Shown here: in pieces, positions 36,961 to 51,106 of the stretch
Position numbering within the stretch: position 1 is the stretch's first letter
How the letters are laid out: the number at the start of each line of letters is the position of its first letter
DNA from: Haliotis cracherodii
Lineage: Eukaryota
DNA length: 64,000 nt
Assembly: GCF_022045235.1 (NCBI RefSeq)
Contig: NW_027266343.1
Span: 49,848,001-49,912,000, forward strand
Direction of reading: 5' to 3'
Program-made: the position numbers and the translations under genes
Notes under the pieces: generated by a model
What the model was told of the DNA's origin: nothing
The model's database searches: none
Seen by the model: only the letters and a program-made list of their open reading frames with translations

Positions 36961-38378
36961 GTAGTCATCATTTCAGCATCTGTAATCACTGTGTATATCT
37001 ATCATAGGGATGCTAGTGCCATAGTCATGATTTTAATTTAATACAGACATCCATTCCTTTATTTTTGTTTCTCAATAAGAACTTAAAGAGTGACTTTACT
37101 TATGGATCAGTCCATTTGGCACTCTTAGAACGTTTGATTAAATTGGTTTAAACTCTTGCACCACACGCACGTTTATGTTATGTATGCCAATCTAGCATTT
37201 ATATGTTTAATAATGTTTAAGCACTGCATCTCAGTTAATAATGATCACTAGTTACAAAGTCTAAACTATAGCAATACTTATTGTGATATATAGGGAGCTA
37301 AAGTGTTTGACAGCTATGGACAAATTCTGTCTTCTAAACACTAAATATGGTCATTTGCTGCCTTTTACATGTTTTAGTTGGCATGCATTCAGGGGAGATA
37401 ACGATGTGAGAGAAAAAATCACTTCCATGATTCCGCCATTGTGTCAATCAATTTGTGATTGAATTTCTGTGTAGGATAAGCAATACAAATAATAATCAAA
37501 CTTGTTATATATTGTTTACTCACTATTTGGGAAGATTGGAAGATTTTTTGAATGAACAAGTCGTTCAGAAATGATATGCCAAAAATATGTTTGTTCGCAA
37601 CCCCACCCAACCCCCCTGCTATAAATCAAATGGATGCTCCCAAATCTGCTAATGGGACACAGAAAAAATATTTCAAAATGTATCATTTGAAACGTGTATT
37701 ACCATGATTAAAGTACACAGTTGTATACCAGAAATACAGTGCTGTTCTAATAATGAACCAATTATTGTTCAAGACAGCCATCTTGATTTGAGAACTGCAT
37801 GAATGGTAGTTATCTACATTTGAGACCCGTGAAGATCCGGGGTAGAACATCTTCAGCAACCCATGCTTGCCGTAAAAGGCGACTATGCTTGTCGTAAGAG
37901 GTGACTAACAGGATCAGGTGGTCAGGCTCGCATGTCATCATATCCCAATTGCATGGATCAATGCTCATGATGTCAATCACTGGATTGTGTGGTCGAGACT
38001 CTATTATTTACAGACTGCTGTCACATAGTTGGAATATAGCAACAAACACAAAACAAAATATCTTCATTTGACATTATCATATGTAAAACAAAGGCACTTA
38101 TTCAGCGTTTTATATGTTTTATTTCATCTTGTCATCACCAACGTGAAAAGCCATGAGTTGGACAGGATAGGCCATACTTCTTTGATAGAAAATGAATCGG
38201 CTGTGTCACAATGCAGTTGCATTATCATGGTTATGCTTTGTTCTCATGTTATTGGTAAATAAGGCCAGGATATTACCAATCACTATTGCATTAGTGGCAT
38301 CACAATAGTGTGTTTAATTAAAATGACCCAAACAGGCGCACCTAGTACTGACTGTTGCCATGTAAACTGTCATTCCAG

Positions 38379-38549
38379 TGTTGATCAACTGTGTGGACAG
38401 CAAGTCGGTGCTGCTCTTCAAGATTGTCATCTTCTTCAGTTTTTTGACGATTGTGATCTGCATGGCTTCCTTCCTCCTCGATCTAACAGGGCCGTCCGGG
38501 AGAGTTCTGCAAAGATTTCACCGTAATGCAATCTTCAGCATCATTACAG
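38379..38549 (+). CDS. TMEM127: TMEM127 copy A exon 2
   Basis: NCV...FLLDLTGP...RNAIFSIIT; phase 1/1. Confidence 0.9.
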
Positions 38550-38747
38550 GTAGGTGGCAGTACACGGTACCCTGGCTAGAACGAGAACAGGCTCTTGTAC
38601 CTTGGTAACTACAAGTAAATATTATTCTGCAAAGGCCATTCTAACCATGTGCTAACCTTGCTAAGCATGAGAAGTACACCATGTGCAAGTAATGTCATAT
38701 ACCATGGCTATGCTGTACCTTTGACTTTAACTTACTATGTGTGGGTT

Positions 38748-39242
38748 CAATGTGTTTCACATGTTTCAGGGATCTTGTGCATGGTTATCAATGTGTTTCA
38801 CATGTTTCAGTAACCCTGTGCATTATTATCAATGTGTTTGACATGATTCAGTGACCCTGTGCATGGTTAACAATGTGTTTCACATGTTTCAGGGATCTTG
38901 TGCATGCTATCAATGTGTTTCACATGTTTCAGTGACCCTGTGCATGGTTAACAATTTGTTTCACATGTTTCAGTGACCCCGTGCATCATTATCAATGTTT
39001 CACATGTTTCAGTGACCCTGTGCATGGTTAACAATGTGTTTCACACGTTTCAGTGACCCTGTGCATGGTTAACAATGTGTTTCTCATGTTTCAGTGACCC
39101 TGTGTGGGGGAAATAATGCATGTTTGAAATGTTTCAGTGACCCATTGTGTGATTATCAATGTGTTTCACATGTTTCAGTGACCCTGTGTGTGGGTAATAA
39201 TGCATGTTTCACATGTTTCAGTGACCCTGTGTGTGGTCATCA
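38748..39242. repeat. ~41-bp minisatellite made from the TMEM127-A exon 3 acceptor junction
   Basis: Unit ATGTGTTTCACATGTTTCAG|TGACCCTGTGCATGGTTATCA, 12 copies, the last is the real acceptor. Confidence 0.93.
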
Positions 39243-39604
39243 ACCTGTTCTGCTACTGGATATCCTTCCTTGTTGAGCAAATCCAGAAGAAGACCAAGCA
39301 GGATCACGTGGAGGTCACATTTGACATCAGTTTCTACTTGGTGGCGGCGGCAGGAAGTGCCTCCGTGTTTGCCGTGGCGTGTAACTGTTTCCGACGCTAC
39401 CCCCTGCACGAGGATGTCTCATACCAGCGCCTCAATGAATGTGATGACATGGAGTATCTGGCTGCCCTGTACGACCAGCAGAGCGCCCCACCCCCTAACG
39501 TCTCCCCGCCCCCATATTCTCCCTCCCCCAACACACCAGCAGCAGGGGTCACACCCGCCCCACAGGAATCAGCTGCTGCTCAGTCTCTCAGTGTCAGTGC
39601 TTAG
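39222..39604 (+). CDS. TMEM127: TMEM127 copy A exon 3 (313 aa total)
   Basis: VTLCVVINLFCYW...VTFDISFYLVAAAG...PPPYSP (PY motif). Confidence 0.9.
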
Positions 39605-40477
39605 CAAGAAGCCAGTCTCGGGTGATGGGCTAGGTCGTACAGGGAATACAGCCACAGTTACGTTGGCCGGAGCTGGCACACATTCACATTCAGTTACAAG
39701 AGATGTGTCACAGACATGTACTGTAAGGGGTTGGGGTGGAGAGAAGCATTTGATGGTCATGAATATATATGACAGAATTTTCATGAATAGGTCACAATAA
39801 ATTAATAATTAAATTTGGATATGATTTTTTTAAGTATGAGTCAGGAGTGTATCTCTGTGTTATTGGTGTTCGTACGCTTAAGATTTAAAAATAGGCCATC
39901 ATCCGAGTATTTGCAATGTCTGTGTGACGACACACCCTTTGCTATAGCGCTAGTAATCAGGATAAGCAAATGATGTCCGAAAACATATGATGTCCGAAAA
40001 CGTATAATGTCCAAAAACCTATGATGTCCGAAAACCTATGATGTCCGAAAACTTATGATCCGACGATACATTAACTGTTGACGGATGCGATTTACAGGAA
40101 GCCTGCATGGACTTTGTACAGTGTGTATTTTATCAAGTAAGGAAAGAAGGACACATGTCGTGAGTTTCTTCGCCTGTAGGTGCTGATGACTGTAATACGA
40201 CGTGAGGCAGGGTGTTTGGTAGGGAGTCGGGTGGGGATGAAAATCTAAGAATTAATTTATAATGGCCACAGGCAGAGGCCTTTGGAAAAGAAATAGGCAA
40301 GGGAGAATTATTTTTTGGTTACATATTTAGAACATTACCATTGCTTTAGTGATGACTGCGAGGGCGTTGTTGCCTAGTTGGGGAAGACCATCTCATCTGC
40401 AAACATGACTGAATAATCTCTGTACACCTATACTATACCTTTGTATAATACCAGTCAGTTTGATCATGTTGATCTGA

Positions 40478-40985
40478 CTTTATAGCCACATGTAGGGTAC
40501 TATACGGTTATAGCCCTATGTAGGGTATTGTTCCCTGTTTATAACCATATGGAGGTTATTGTACCCTGTTTATAGCCACATGTGGGTACTGTACCCTGTT
40601 TATAGCCATATGTAGTGTACTGTACCCAGTGTTTATCGACATGTAGGGTATTGTACCCTGTTAATAGCCATATGTAGGGTACTGTACCCTGTTTATAGCC
40701 ATATGTAAGGTACTGTACCCTGTTAATAGCCATATGTAGGGTACTGTACCCAGTGTTTATCCACATGTAGGGTATTGTACCCTGTTAATAGCCATATGTA
40801 GGGTACTGTACCCTGTTTATAGCCATATGTATGGTACTGTACCCTGTTTGTAGCCATATGTAGGGTACTGTACTCTGTTTATAGCCACATGTAGGGTACA
40901 GTACCCTGTATATAGCCATATATAGGCACTGTACCCTGTTTATAGCCATATGTAAGGTACTGTACCCTGTTTAGAGCAATATGTC
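40478..40985. repeat. 31-bp minisatellite, variant 1 (GCCATATGTAGGGTACTGTACCCTGTTTATA)
   Basis: About 16 units with internal palindrome agggtac-t-gtaccct. Confidence 0.93.
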
Positions 40986-40999
40986 TTATATTGTCCTTT

Positions 41000-41482
41000 T
41001 TGAAGGGCAGTATGTATCATACTGTCCTCTCTTTAGGGCAATATGTATCATACTGTCCTTTCTTTAGGGCAATATGTATCATACTGTCCTCTCTTTAGGG
41101 CAATATGTATCATACTGTCCTCTCTTTGGGCAATATGTATCATACTGTCCTCTCTTTAGGGCAATATGTATCATACTGTCCTCTCTTTAGGGCAATATGT
41201 ATCATACTGTCCTCTCTTTAGGGCAATATGTATCATACTGTCCTCTCTTTAGGGCAATATGTATCATACTGTCCTCTCTTTAGGGCAATATGTATCATAC
41301 TGTCCTCTCTAGGGCAATATGTATCATACTGTCCTCTCTTTAGGGCAATATGTATCATACTGTCCTCTCTTTAGGGCAATATGTATCATACTGTCCTCTC
41401 TTTAGGGCAATATGTATCATACTGTCTTCTCTTTAGGGCAATATGTATCATACAGTCCTCTCTTTAGGGCAATGTGTATCAT
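41000..41482. repeat. 31-bp minisatellite, variant 2 (GCAATATGTATCATACTGTCCTCTCTTTAGG)
   Basis: About 15 highly homogeneous units. Confidence 0.95.
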
Positions 41483-43349
41483 CACCGCTCCCACTTTTGT
41501 TACATTCCTAATATGGTCTATTATTGTGTATATATTCTGTATATATTGAGAACCAATCCCCCGTGAAGTGTGATAATGTGTATATATACATTGAATCTGT
41601 ATTGACAGATTAACATGTTGAAGATCTGGAAAATTTGAATCCACAAGTTGTTCTATTTTTTATTGTTGGTTGTGATCACATGATCATGTTATGTCGTCAT
41701 GTTTATAGAACTATATTTTCATATGATATAGTCAGGAGAATCTCTTTTCAAGATTTTTGTTATGTAAGTTAGCAGGTTAAGGGACCTAAGATCGTGTAGC
41801 CATGGCAACACAATGACAGGAATTGCTATGCCTGATATGAGACTCTGTCTACAATATGAGAGTAAGATGAGGATAAGTTAGACAATCAGATGCGTGAAAA
41901 CTTGGCACTTGTCATGTTGAGGATCCAGTTTCATTACCAGACCTTATATTTTTTATCTGTTGATCTACAACAGGCAGTACAAAACTGAAAACAGAAAAAA
42001 AACTTTGGACAAAATATTTGTATCTACTCTTGTTTCGCTGTTATATCATATTGTCCTAACACAATTCTGTTTGAAGGACAAACCCACTCCAATTTAAAGA
42101 CAGATGGTCTTGAAACTACTTAAAGGTGGGCGTGTCATTGATTGGCATGTTTAGTATCGATATATCGACTCAAAGATATCATGATATATATCGATTAATA
42201 AATGAAGCAGTTATTCTAGATATGAATAAATAAAGAAATTCTATCTAAACCTGCAATTAATCAACTTATTGCTAAATTTGAACTAGGTTGATCCCTTAAA
42301 TTAAATTTGAATTTTCTGCCTTTTTATTGTCCATCTTAACCATGGTAATCTTAACATATGCAGGGAATTATCAGCATCATTTTTCATTAATTTGTATTGA
42401 TACAGCATCAACATTATAAATTTATCGATATCGCGATATATGATTACGTCCCAACTAAAAAGTGATAATTGAAACCCCAAATGACACACTGGCTGATGTG
42501 TTTCTAGATTTTCACTTCAAATGTCTGTGTGTGTTAATAAGGACGACACGATCTGCTGGAATAGTGCCAAACCAACGACTACCAACACAAACTCAATGTC
42601 CTGTCAAGTTTAGAATTATATTTCATTAATAAGAAGTAGCAGTAGCAGTTAATTTGAAATTAAAAAATGTAATGCGATTTACAGTTGGCAGTGTCAAGTA
42701 TGGAGCAATTTATGAAAATATTTATGTTTTCACTTGTAATTAGTGTTTGGTGTAACGTTTATGAAAGGTAAGAATTGATACTTTTTATTTTGAGTGCAAT
42801 TGTGATCGAGAAGTAAAAACCCATGATCCACCGATGTATCGTGTATTGTCCCACTACTATTAGATGGCCAGAGGAAAGATGTGTTATCAACACACGAGTA
42901 GTCTCAATATTCAGGTGTTGCTGTATTTTGTGTGTAGTGGAAGCTGGTGAAGTGATTGTTCTGATTTGCCTTGGGACATGGACTTGCTACACTAATACAT
43001 TAATACTTCTGCAAGATTGAACCTGCCAGTAGCGTCTTCCTACATTCCACTGTCTGTTGAGTCTTTTACAATTTTGAGGCTGTTGTTAATTTCCAGTGCT
43101 CCCCATTTCTCTGGCAGGCCATGGTAGGTTGTATATACCTTGCTGCTATATCTACCCCACTCTGTTGATGTCATGTTAACACTTCTCACACTGTGTGTGA
43201 TGAAGGCTGTGTTAAGTTTGCATATTTATTAAACCTTGCATTTTTGTAAACATTTTATGTTGCAAGCTCCCCATCGACCGTGATCAACAAATAATGTCAC
43301 ATATATAATTGTTCTGTCATCCTGAGATCACAAATAATTACATTTGTTG

Positions 43350-44620
43350 TCATACAGATGACACACTTGAAGTCAGACATGTGACTTACATTGATTGTCA
43401 TACATCCGACTCACATTGGTTTCATATAGGCGACTCACATATGAAGTCATACAGGTGACTCACATGAAGTCATACAGGTGACTCACATATGAAGTCATAC
43501 AGGTGACTCACATATGAAGTCATACAGGTGACACACATATGAAGTCATACAGGTGACTCACATATGAAGTTGTACAGGTGACTCACATATGAAGTCATAC
43601 AGATGCCTCACATATGAAGTCATACAGGTGACTCACATATGAAGTCATACAGGTGACTCATATCTGAAGTCATACAGGTGACTCATATATGAAGTCATAC
43701 AGGTGACTCACATATGAAGTTGTACAGGTGACTCACATGAAATCATACAGATGACTCACATATGAAGTCATACAGGTGACTCACATATGAAGTCATACAG
43801 GTGACTCACATATGAAGTTGTACAGGTGACTCACATATGAAGTCATACAGGTGACTCATATCTGAAGTCATACAGGTGACTCATATATGAAGTCATACAG
43901 GTGACTCACATATGAAGTTGTACAGGTGACTCACATATGAAGTCATACAGGTGACTCACATATGAAGTCATACAGGTGACTCACATATGAAGTCATACAG
44001 GTGACTCACATATGAAGTTGTACAGGTGACTCACATATGAAGTCATACAGGTGACTCACATATGAAGTCATACAGGTGACTCACATATGAAGTCATACAG
44101 GTGACTCATATCTGAAGTCATACAGGTGACTCACATATGAAGTCATACAGGTGACTCACATATGAAGTCATACAGATGACTCACATATGAAGTCATACAG
44201 GTGACTCACATATGAAGTCATACAGGTGACTCATATCTGAAGTCATACAGGTGACTCATATATGAAGTCATACAGGTGACTCACATATGAAGTTGTACAG
44301 GTGACTCACATATGAAATCATACAGATGACTATACAGGTGACTCACATATGAAGTCATACAGGTGACTCACATATGAAGTCATACAGGTGACTCACATAT
44401 GAAGTTGTACAGGTGACTCACATATGAAGTCATACAGGTGACTCACATATGAAGTCATACAGGTGACTCACATATGAAGTCATACAGGTGACTCATATCT
44501 GAAGTCATACAGGTGACTCACATATGAAGTCATACAGGTGACTCACATATGAAGTCATACAGATGACTCACATATGAAGTAATACCGGTGACTTTCATCA
44601 TCATTCAGGTGACTCACATT
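43350..44620. repeat. 25-bp minisatellite (GACTCACATATGAAGTCATACAGGT)n
   Basis: About 50 units. Confidence 0.97.
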
Positions 44621-45516
44621 GACACAATCTTAAATGTAGAAACTAGGTCTCATTGAACATTCCCCACCCTAAGTCTCAGTAAATATAAACCTCTCTCAAT
44701 GCCCAGGTCTAACATTCCCTGCCAAGGCTTGGTAAACATCCAAAATCCTCTGTCTCAGTAAGCACCCCCACTTATAGGTCTTTGTAAACAGCCCCAACCT
44801 ATGTCTCAGAAAACAGCTCCACCTTCATATCTCTGCAGACAGCCCCACCCCTAGGTCTGTAGACAGCCCCATGCCTAGGTCTCTGTAGACAACTTCCTCT
44901 CAAGGTCTCTGTAGACAGCCCCATGCCTAGGTCTTTGTAGACAACTTCCTCTCAAGGTCTCTGTAGACAACTTACCAATGTGTTAGGCCCAGTAGGATGT
45001 AGCATCTCAAACTTGTCTTATTACTACGCCAGGGTATTCATGGAATCACTCACTCACTCACTCACTCTACTTTTTGTCAGTATGTCTCTGTAAGCCAGTA
45101 GGTAGGATGTGATGTGTGTCTACTGACTCAGCTGATGCCTCCAGGATGTATATATACAGACAGCACATCTGATATTTCTGGTTACATCGATTTGTCTTGT
45201 TCACAGTTCTATATGAATAATTTGTGACTGCTAATTATAAAACCAACCACAAGCTTATGATTATTGTGATACATGTCTGCCTTGAGTATGCACAAACCTC
45301 CACAATCTTAAACACTTACATTTCAGAGTGTTGCATTTTGTTTACATGAAAGATCTGAGATGAATGACTGTAGATATGTAAATAAGTCTGTTAAATCAGA
45401 AACTGTACACTTATTATCCATTGTTACCAATATTCAAGACTCGTGGAATAAATTTTATATTACAGAGGGCATTATTTTTATTGAATTATTGTCTGTGGGG
45501 AATAAAGTTCCCATCA

Positions 45517-47230
45517 CCACATGCCTGTCTCCGTGGTTGGATACGATATGTCACATGCCTGTCTACATAGTAAAATACAATATGTCACATGCCTGTCTAC
45601 ACAGTGTGATACAATACGTCACATGCCTGTCTCCGTGGTTGGATATGATATGTCACATGCCTGTCTACATAGTAAGATACAATATGTCACATGCCTGTCT
45701 ACACAGTGTGATACAATAGGCCACATGCCTGTCTACACAGTGTGATACAATAGGCCACATGCCTGTCTACACAGTGTGATACAATAGGCCACATGCCTGT
45801 CTACACAGCGTGATACAATAGGCCACATGCCTGTCTCCACAGTGAGATACAATAGGTCACATGCCTGTCTACATAGTGAGATACAATAGGCCACATGCCT
45901 GTCTACACAGTGAGATACAATACGTCACATGCCTGTCTACACAGTGTGATACAATAGGCCACATGCCTGTCTCCACAGTAAGATACAATAGGCCACATGC
46001 CTGTCTACATAGTGAGATACAATAGGCCACATGCCTGTCTACACAGTGAGATACAATACGTCACATGCCTGTCTCCACAGTGTGATACAATAGGCCACAT
46101 GCCTGTCTCCACAGTGAGATACAATAGGCCACATGCCTGTCTCTACAGTGAGATACAATAGGTCACATACCTGTCTACACGGTGTGATACAATAGGCCAC
46201 ATGCCTGTCTACACAGTGTGATACAATAGGCCACATGCCTGTTTACACAGTGTGATACAATAGGCCACATGCCTGTCTCCACAGTGTGATACAATAGGCC
46301 ACATGCCTGTCTCCACAGTGTGATACAATAGGTCACATGCCTGTCTCAACAGTGTGATACAATAGGTCACATGCCTGTCTCCACAGTGTGATACAATAGG
46401 CCACATGCCTGTCTCCACTGTGTGATACAATAGGCCACATGCCTGTCTCCACAGTGTGATACAATAGGCCACATGCCTGTCTCCACAGTGTGATACAATA
46501 GGCCACATGCCTGTCTCCACAGTGAGATACAATAGGTCACATGCCTGTCTCCACAGTGTGATACAATAGGCCACATGCCTGTCTCCACAGTGTGATACAA
46601 TAGGCCACATGCCTGTCTACACAGTGAGATACAATAGGCCACATGCCTGTCTCCACAGTGAGATACAATAGGTCACATGCCTGTCTCCACCGTGTGATAC
46701 AATAGGCCACATGCCTGTCTCCACAGTGAGATACAATAGGTCACATGCCTGTCTACACAGTGTGATACAATAGGTCACATGCCTGTCTCCACAGTGTGAT
46801 ACAATAGGTCACATGCCTGTCTACACAGTGTGATACAATAGGTCACATGCCTGTCTCCACAGTGTGATACAATAGGTCACATGCCTGTCTCCACAGTGTG
46901 ATACAATAGGCCACATGCCTGTCTCCACAGTGAGATACAATAGGTCACATGCCTGTCTACACAGTGTGATACAATAGGCCACATGCCTGTCTACACAGTG
47001 TGATACAATAGGCCCAAGCCTGTCTCCACAGTGAAATACAATAGGCCACATGCCTGTCTACACAGTGTGATACAATAGGTCACATGCCTGTCTCCACAGT
47101 GTGATACAATAGGCCACATGCCTGTCTCCACAGTGTGATACAATAGGCCACATGCCTGTCTCCACAGTGAGATACAATAGGTCACATGCCTGTCTACACA
47201 GTGTGATACAATAGGCCACATGCCTGTCTC
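45517..47230. repeat. 34-bp minisatellite (CACATGCCTGTCTCCACAGTGTGATACAATAGGC)n
   Basis: About 50 units. Confidence 0.97.
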
Positions 47231-47244
47231 TATAAGTCATAATT

Positions 47245-48486
47245 GTAAATACCTGTGTATAAGGTCACAGGCTCCAGCATGGTAGTATATACTTGTGTGT
47301 TAGACCACAGGCTCCAACACAGGAGTAAATACCTGTGTGTCAGACCACCGGCTCCAACACGGTGGTAAATACCTGTGTATCAGACCACAGGCTCCAACAC
47401 GGTGGTAAATACCTGTGTATCAGACCACAGGCTCCAACACAGGAGTAAATACATGTGTATCAGACCACAGGCTCCAACACGTGGGTAAATACCTGTGTAT
47501 CAGACCACAGGCTCCAACACGGGAGTAAATACCTGTGTATCAGACCACAGGCTCCAACACAGGGGTAAATACATGTGTATCAGACCACAGACTCCAACAC
47601 GTGGGTAAATACCTGTGTATCAGACCACAGGCTCCAACACGGGAGTAAATACATGTGTATCAGACCACAGGCTCCAACACAGGAGTAAATACCTGTGTAT
47701 CAGACCACAGGCTCCAACACAGGGGTAAATACATGTGTATCAGACCACAGACTCCAACACGTGGGTAAATACCTGTGTATCAGACCACAGGCTCCAACAC
47801 GGGAGTAAATACCTGTGTATCAGACCACAGGCTCCAACACAGGAGTAAATACCTGTGTATCAGACCACAGGCTCCAACACGGGAGTAAATACCTGTGTAT
47901 CAGACCACAGGCTCCAACACGGGAGTAAATACATGTGTGTATCAGACCACAGGCTCCAACACGGGAGTAAATACCTGTGTATCAGACCACAGGATCCAAC
48001 ACGGGAGTAAATACCTGTGTATCAGACCACAGGATCCAACACGGGAGTAAATACATGTGTATCAGACCACAGGCTCCAACACGGGAGTAAATACATGTGT
48101 ATCAGACCACAGGCTCCAACACGGGAGTAAATACATGTGTATCAGACCACAGGATCCAACACAGGGGTAAATACATGTGTATCAGACCACAGGCTCCAAC
48201 ACGGGAGTAAATACATGTGTATCAGACCACAGGCTCCAACACGGGAGTAAATACCTGTGTATCAGACCACAGGCTCCAACACGGGAGTAAATACATGTGT
48301 ATCAGACCACAGGCTCCAACACGGGAGTAAATACATGTGTATCAGACCACAGGCTCCAACACGGGAGTAAATACCTGTGTATCAGACCACAGGATCCAAC
48401 ACGGGAGTAAATACCTGTGTATCAGACCACAGGCTCCAACACGGGAGTAAATACATGTGTATCAGACCACAGGATCCAACACGGGA
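47245..48486. repeat. 40-bp minisatellite (GTAAATACCTGTGTATCAGACCACAGGCTCCAACACGGGA)n
   Basis: About 31 units. Confidence 0.97.
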
Positions 48487-48630
48487 TTGGGGTTGAGTCC
48501 AGTCCGGGATTCGAACCCCACTGTCAGAGTGAGGCACCTATTCGCCAGCACACAAAGTTAGCGATCCAACCCACTCAGCCACCTAGGCTTCCACAAAAAA
48601 TGAAAGTCCGACAACTGGTCGTCTAGATCA
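48487..48630 (-). mobile_element. tRNA-B-box-containing repeat family E; related inverted pair at ~49420-49650
   Basis: Reverse complement matches 49520-49650 (accagttgtcggactt...ggctgagtgggtt...gggttcgaatcccgg). Confidence 0.6.
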
Positions 48631-50844
48631 CGTACTTTGTGTACCCCTCTGACAAGTGTTAATTCGCACGACTCCCATGGCCGAAAGCTATGAAGACACA
48701 ATGCCATTTAGAAAGTGGTCAAATGTAACAAATGTTATATTTCTTTCTTTTACCAGGGCTACGGTCAAACAATTCCCAATCGGACTTTTTACACCCAAGT
48801 CTTGAGACATATAGCGGGTATCCGGGTAGGGTCGGGTAATAGCGTGGTGGGTACCCGGATAGTAAATTTGGACTCGTCCCAGCCGTAGTGTTAAACCACA
48901 CTTATCCTTTGGAGCTACACAACCATTGTTATATTGCATGTCTGCGACACCCATTTTTTCAACATCTTCCTTAAAAACCGATATAAGAATCTGACGCAGG
49001 TTTTCTCCACATATCTTAATTTGGGGGATTATACAGTCTCAGTAAGGGACCAGTTCAAAAGTTCGAGGTCGAATTAAGTTTTGTGACAACCCCCTCCACC
49101 CCACACCCACACACCCGAACCCCAAAATACTTAATTCTGAAAATGTTGGAATTCTGAGTTTAGTGGCTCTTTTGTCACACATTCGTGTGTTTCCCCCTGT
49201 TTTCTTTCTTTATTACTAGGCGTGGAAATCATCTGTAGGTTTTTTTATACACACAGTCTGCAATTCTATATTACGCACTGCAATAGATGGGCTTACCACC
49301 ACTGATGAAAAAAAAAAAACCCACATTAAACTGACACGCCGTGACATAACTAGAATACTATTCTAAGCTGCGTTAAACCTACCTCACTCACTCTTAGTAA
49401 ATTACAAATTCTAGCACTTTGGGGATGGAAACCTATCCGGGATTCGAAACCACAATTTCCGAGTATGACAGCACACAACGGCCAGGGTGTCGGGCTACAA
49501 GAAGGGAACAGAAAGTAGCGGATCTAGACTACCAGTTGTCGGACTTCCAGTTTTCAGGCTGAGTGGGTTACGTCGCTGACTATGTTTGCTGGCGTTGAGT
49601 GCCTTATTCTGAGGATGTGGGTTCAAATCCCGGATGGGACTCCATCCCAAACAGTACTAGACGTGTAATCCCAAGTGTAACATATGTTACGTATGTAAAG
49701 GTGTAATCAATAATTATTTTCGGGCCTAATGAGCCGTAATCAACACACTATCTTAATTGGTAACGCGGCATAAATTCGATTTCTCTATAAACATTAGGTA
49801 AACACTATATGGAAGACCATTTGATCACAGAAATTACTTTATATATCCACCTGACACAGTGACCATTATAAACACGTCTACTGGAAATAATTAGCACAAC
49901 CACATTGCCCCTGACATAAGAGACTGGTAATTTATTATAGATCAAGATGTGTTGGGGGGTGGGGTGAGGGTGGTGACGCCGAAATTGTTGTGATGAATTT
50001 GCCTCGTATCAGAGAGTACTATCATATGTTCCCTGTTCTTATCTCCGCACCGCCGTCATATAGCTGGAATATTGCTGACAGCCGACAAGGATTTGACGGA
50101 AATAGCCGAACATAACCGAAGATCTCCTTCCGGTTTCCAAAGATAACTCTGCGAAGGATGTAAGAAAAATTGGTGACAGAAGAATTTGGAGGTATATTGA
50201 TTTGTACTGTTGCTTAGAAACGTAACCTGAAATTGTATGTATGAGGACGTGTTACAATACATTCCTGAGGTTATTTGCGATAATGATAGATAAGATCTGT
50301 CATCTTTTCGAGTTGGTGTAAGACTAACTTCGGCAATTCCACAATAGAGGATCTGTCATGACCAGGTCTTCGGCAGCGTTATGACACAACCTGCCAAAGT
50401 ACACAACATGACTTCATTGTAACACTAAATAACCTTCTTGTATCATTTAATAAGTCAATACTGTTCCAAGCGAAGGTATAACCAACTCACTCGTTCACTC
50501 GTACCGTTGGGTAATTATGAGGTAAGACTTGGTGTTTGACGCATATCTTTGTCCACGAGAAAAATGGAAGCAAGCTTCTGGAATAAGTAATGGAGGTGGT
50601 CAGACAAGTTAGTGTGATCCTGGAATGGCAGTGGTGTCCGAATAATTAAAAATGGGAAAATAATGTCTAGACATGGTCAATATTTGATGAGATTTTAGAA
50701 TCTGTTTGATCCCAATATTTTAATAAAAAAGAGATATATCTCAAGAAAAAATATTAAGTAGATTTATCGCAAAGATAATTTACGCACCCCTTTTCAATTC
50801 TTAGGGTTAGCGTAGGTTACTTAGCCCTTGGTTCATTGAATATC

Positions 50845-51106
50845 GGGGGCACGGGTGGCCCAGTCGTCTTAAGGCAACGCGATACGCTGTGCAGAGTTGC
50901 GTCCCTTGGGCACGCCAGAAACCTATGATTGCGGGCTCTAATCCCGGTTCGCCCTGATCATGTTTCTAGGCTGGTTAGCACCATACCTGTGCTCGTGGGT
51001 TTCACGGAAGTAGTTAACGTCTGAGACCCGCATCACTTTCTTCCCACATTAAGCTGACACAACTGTAATACTAATAAAAGCGGCTTTAAACCCAAGTCAC
51101 TCACTC
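50845..51106 (+). mobile_element. SINE family B
   Basis: Match to 8805-9087. Confidence 0.85.

Noticed and set aside
43350-48486. CRISPR-like arrays
   Set aside because: Head-to-tail units with no unique spacers, no cas genes, eukaryotic context
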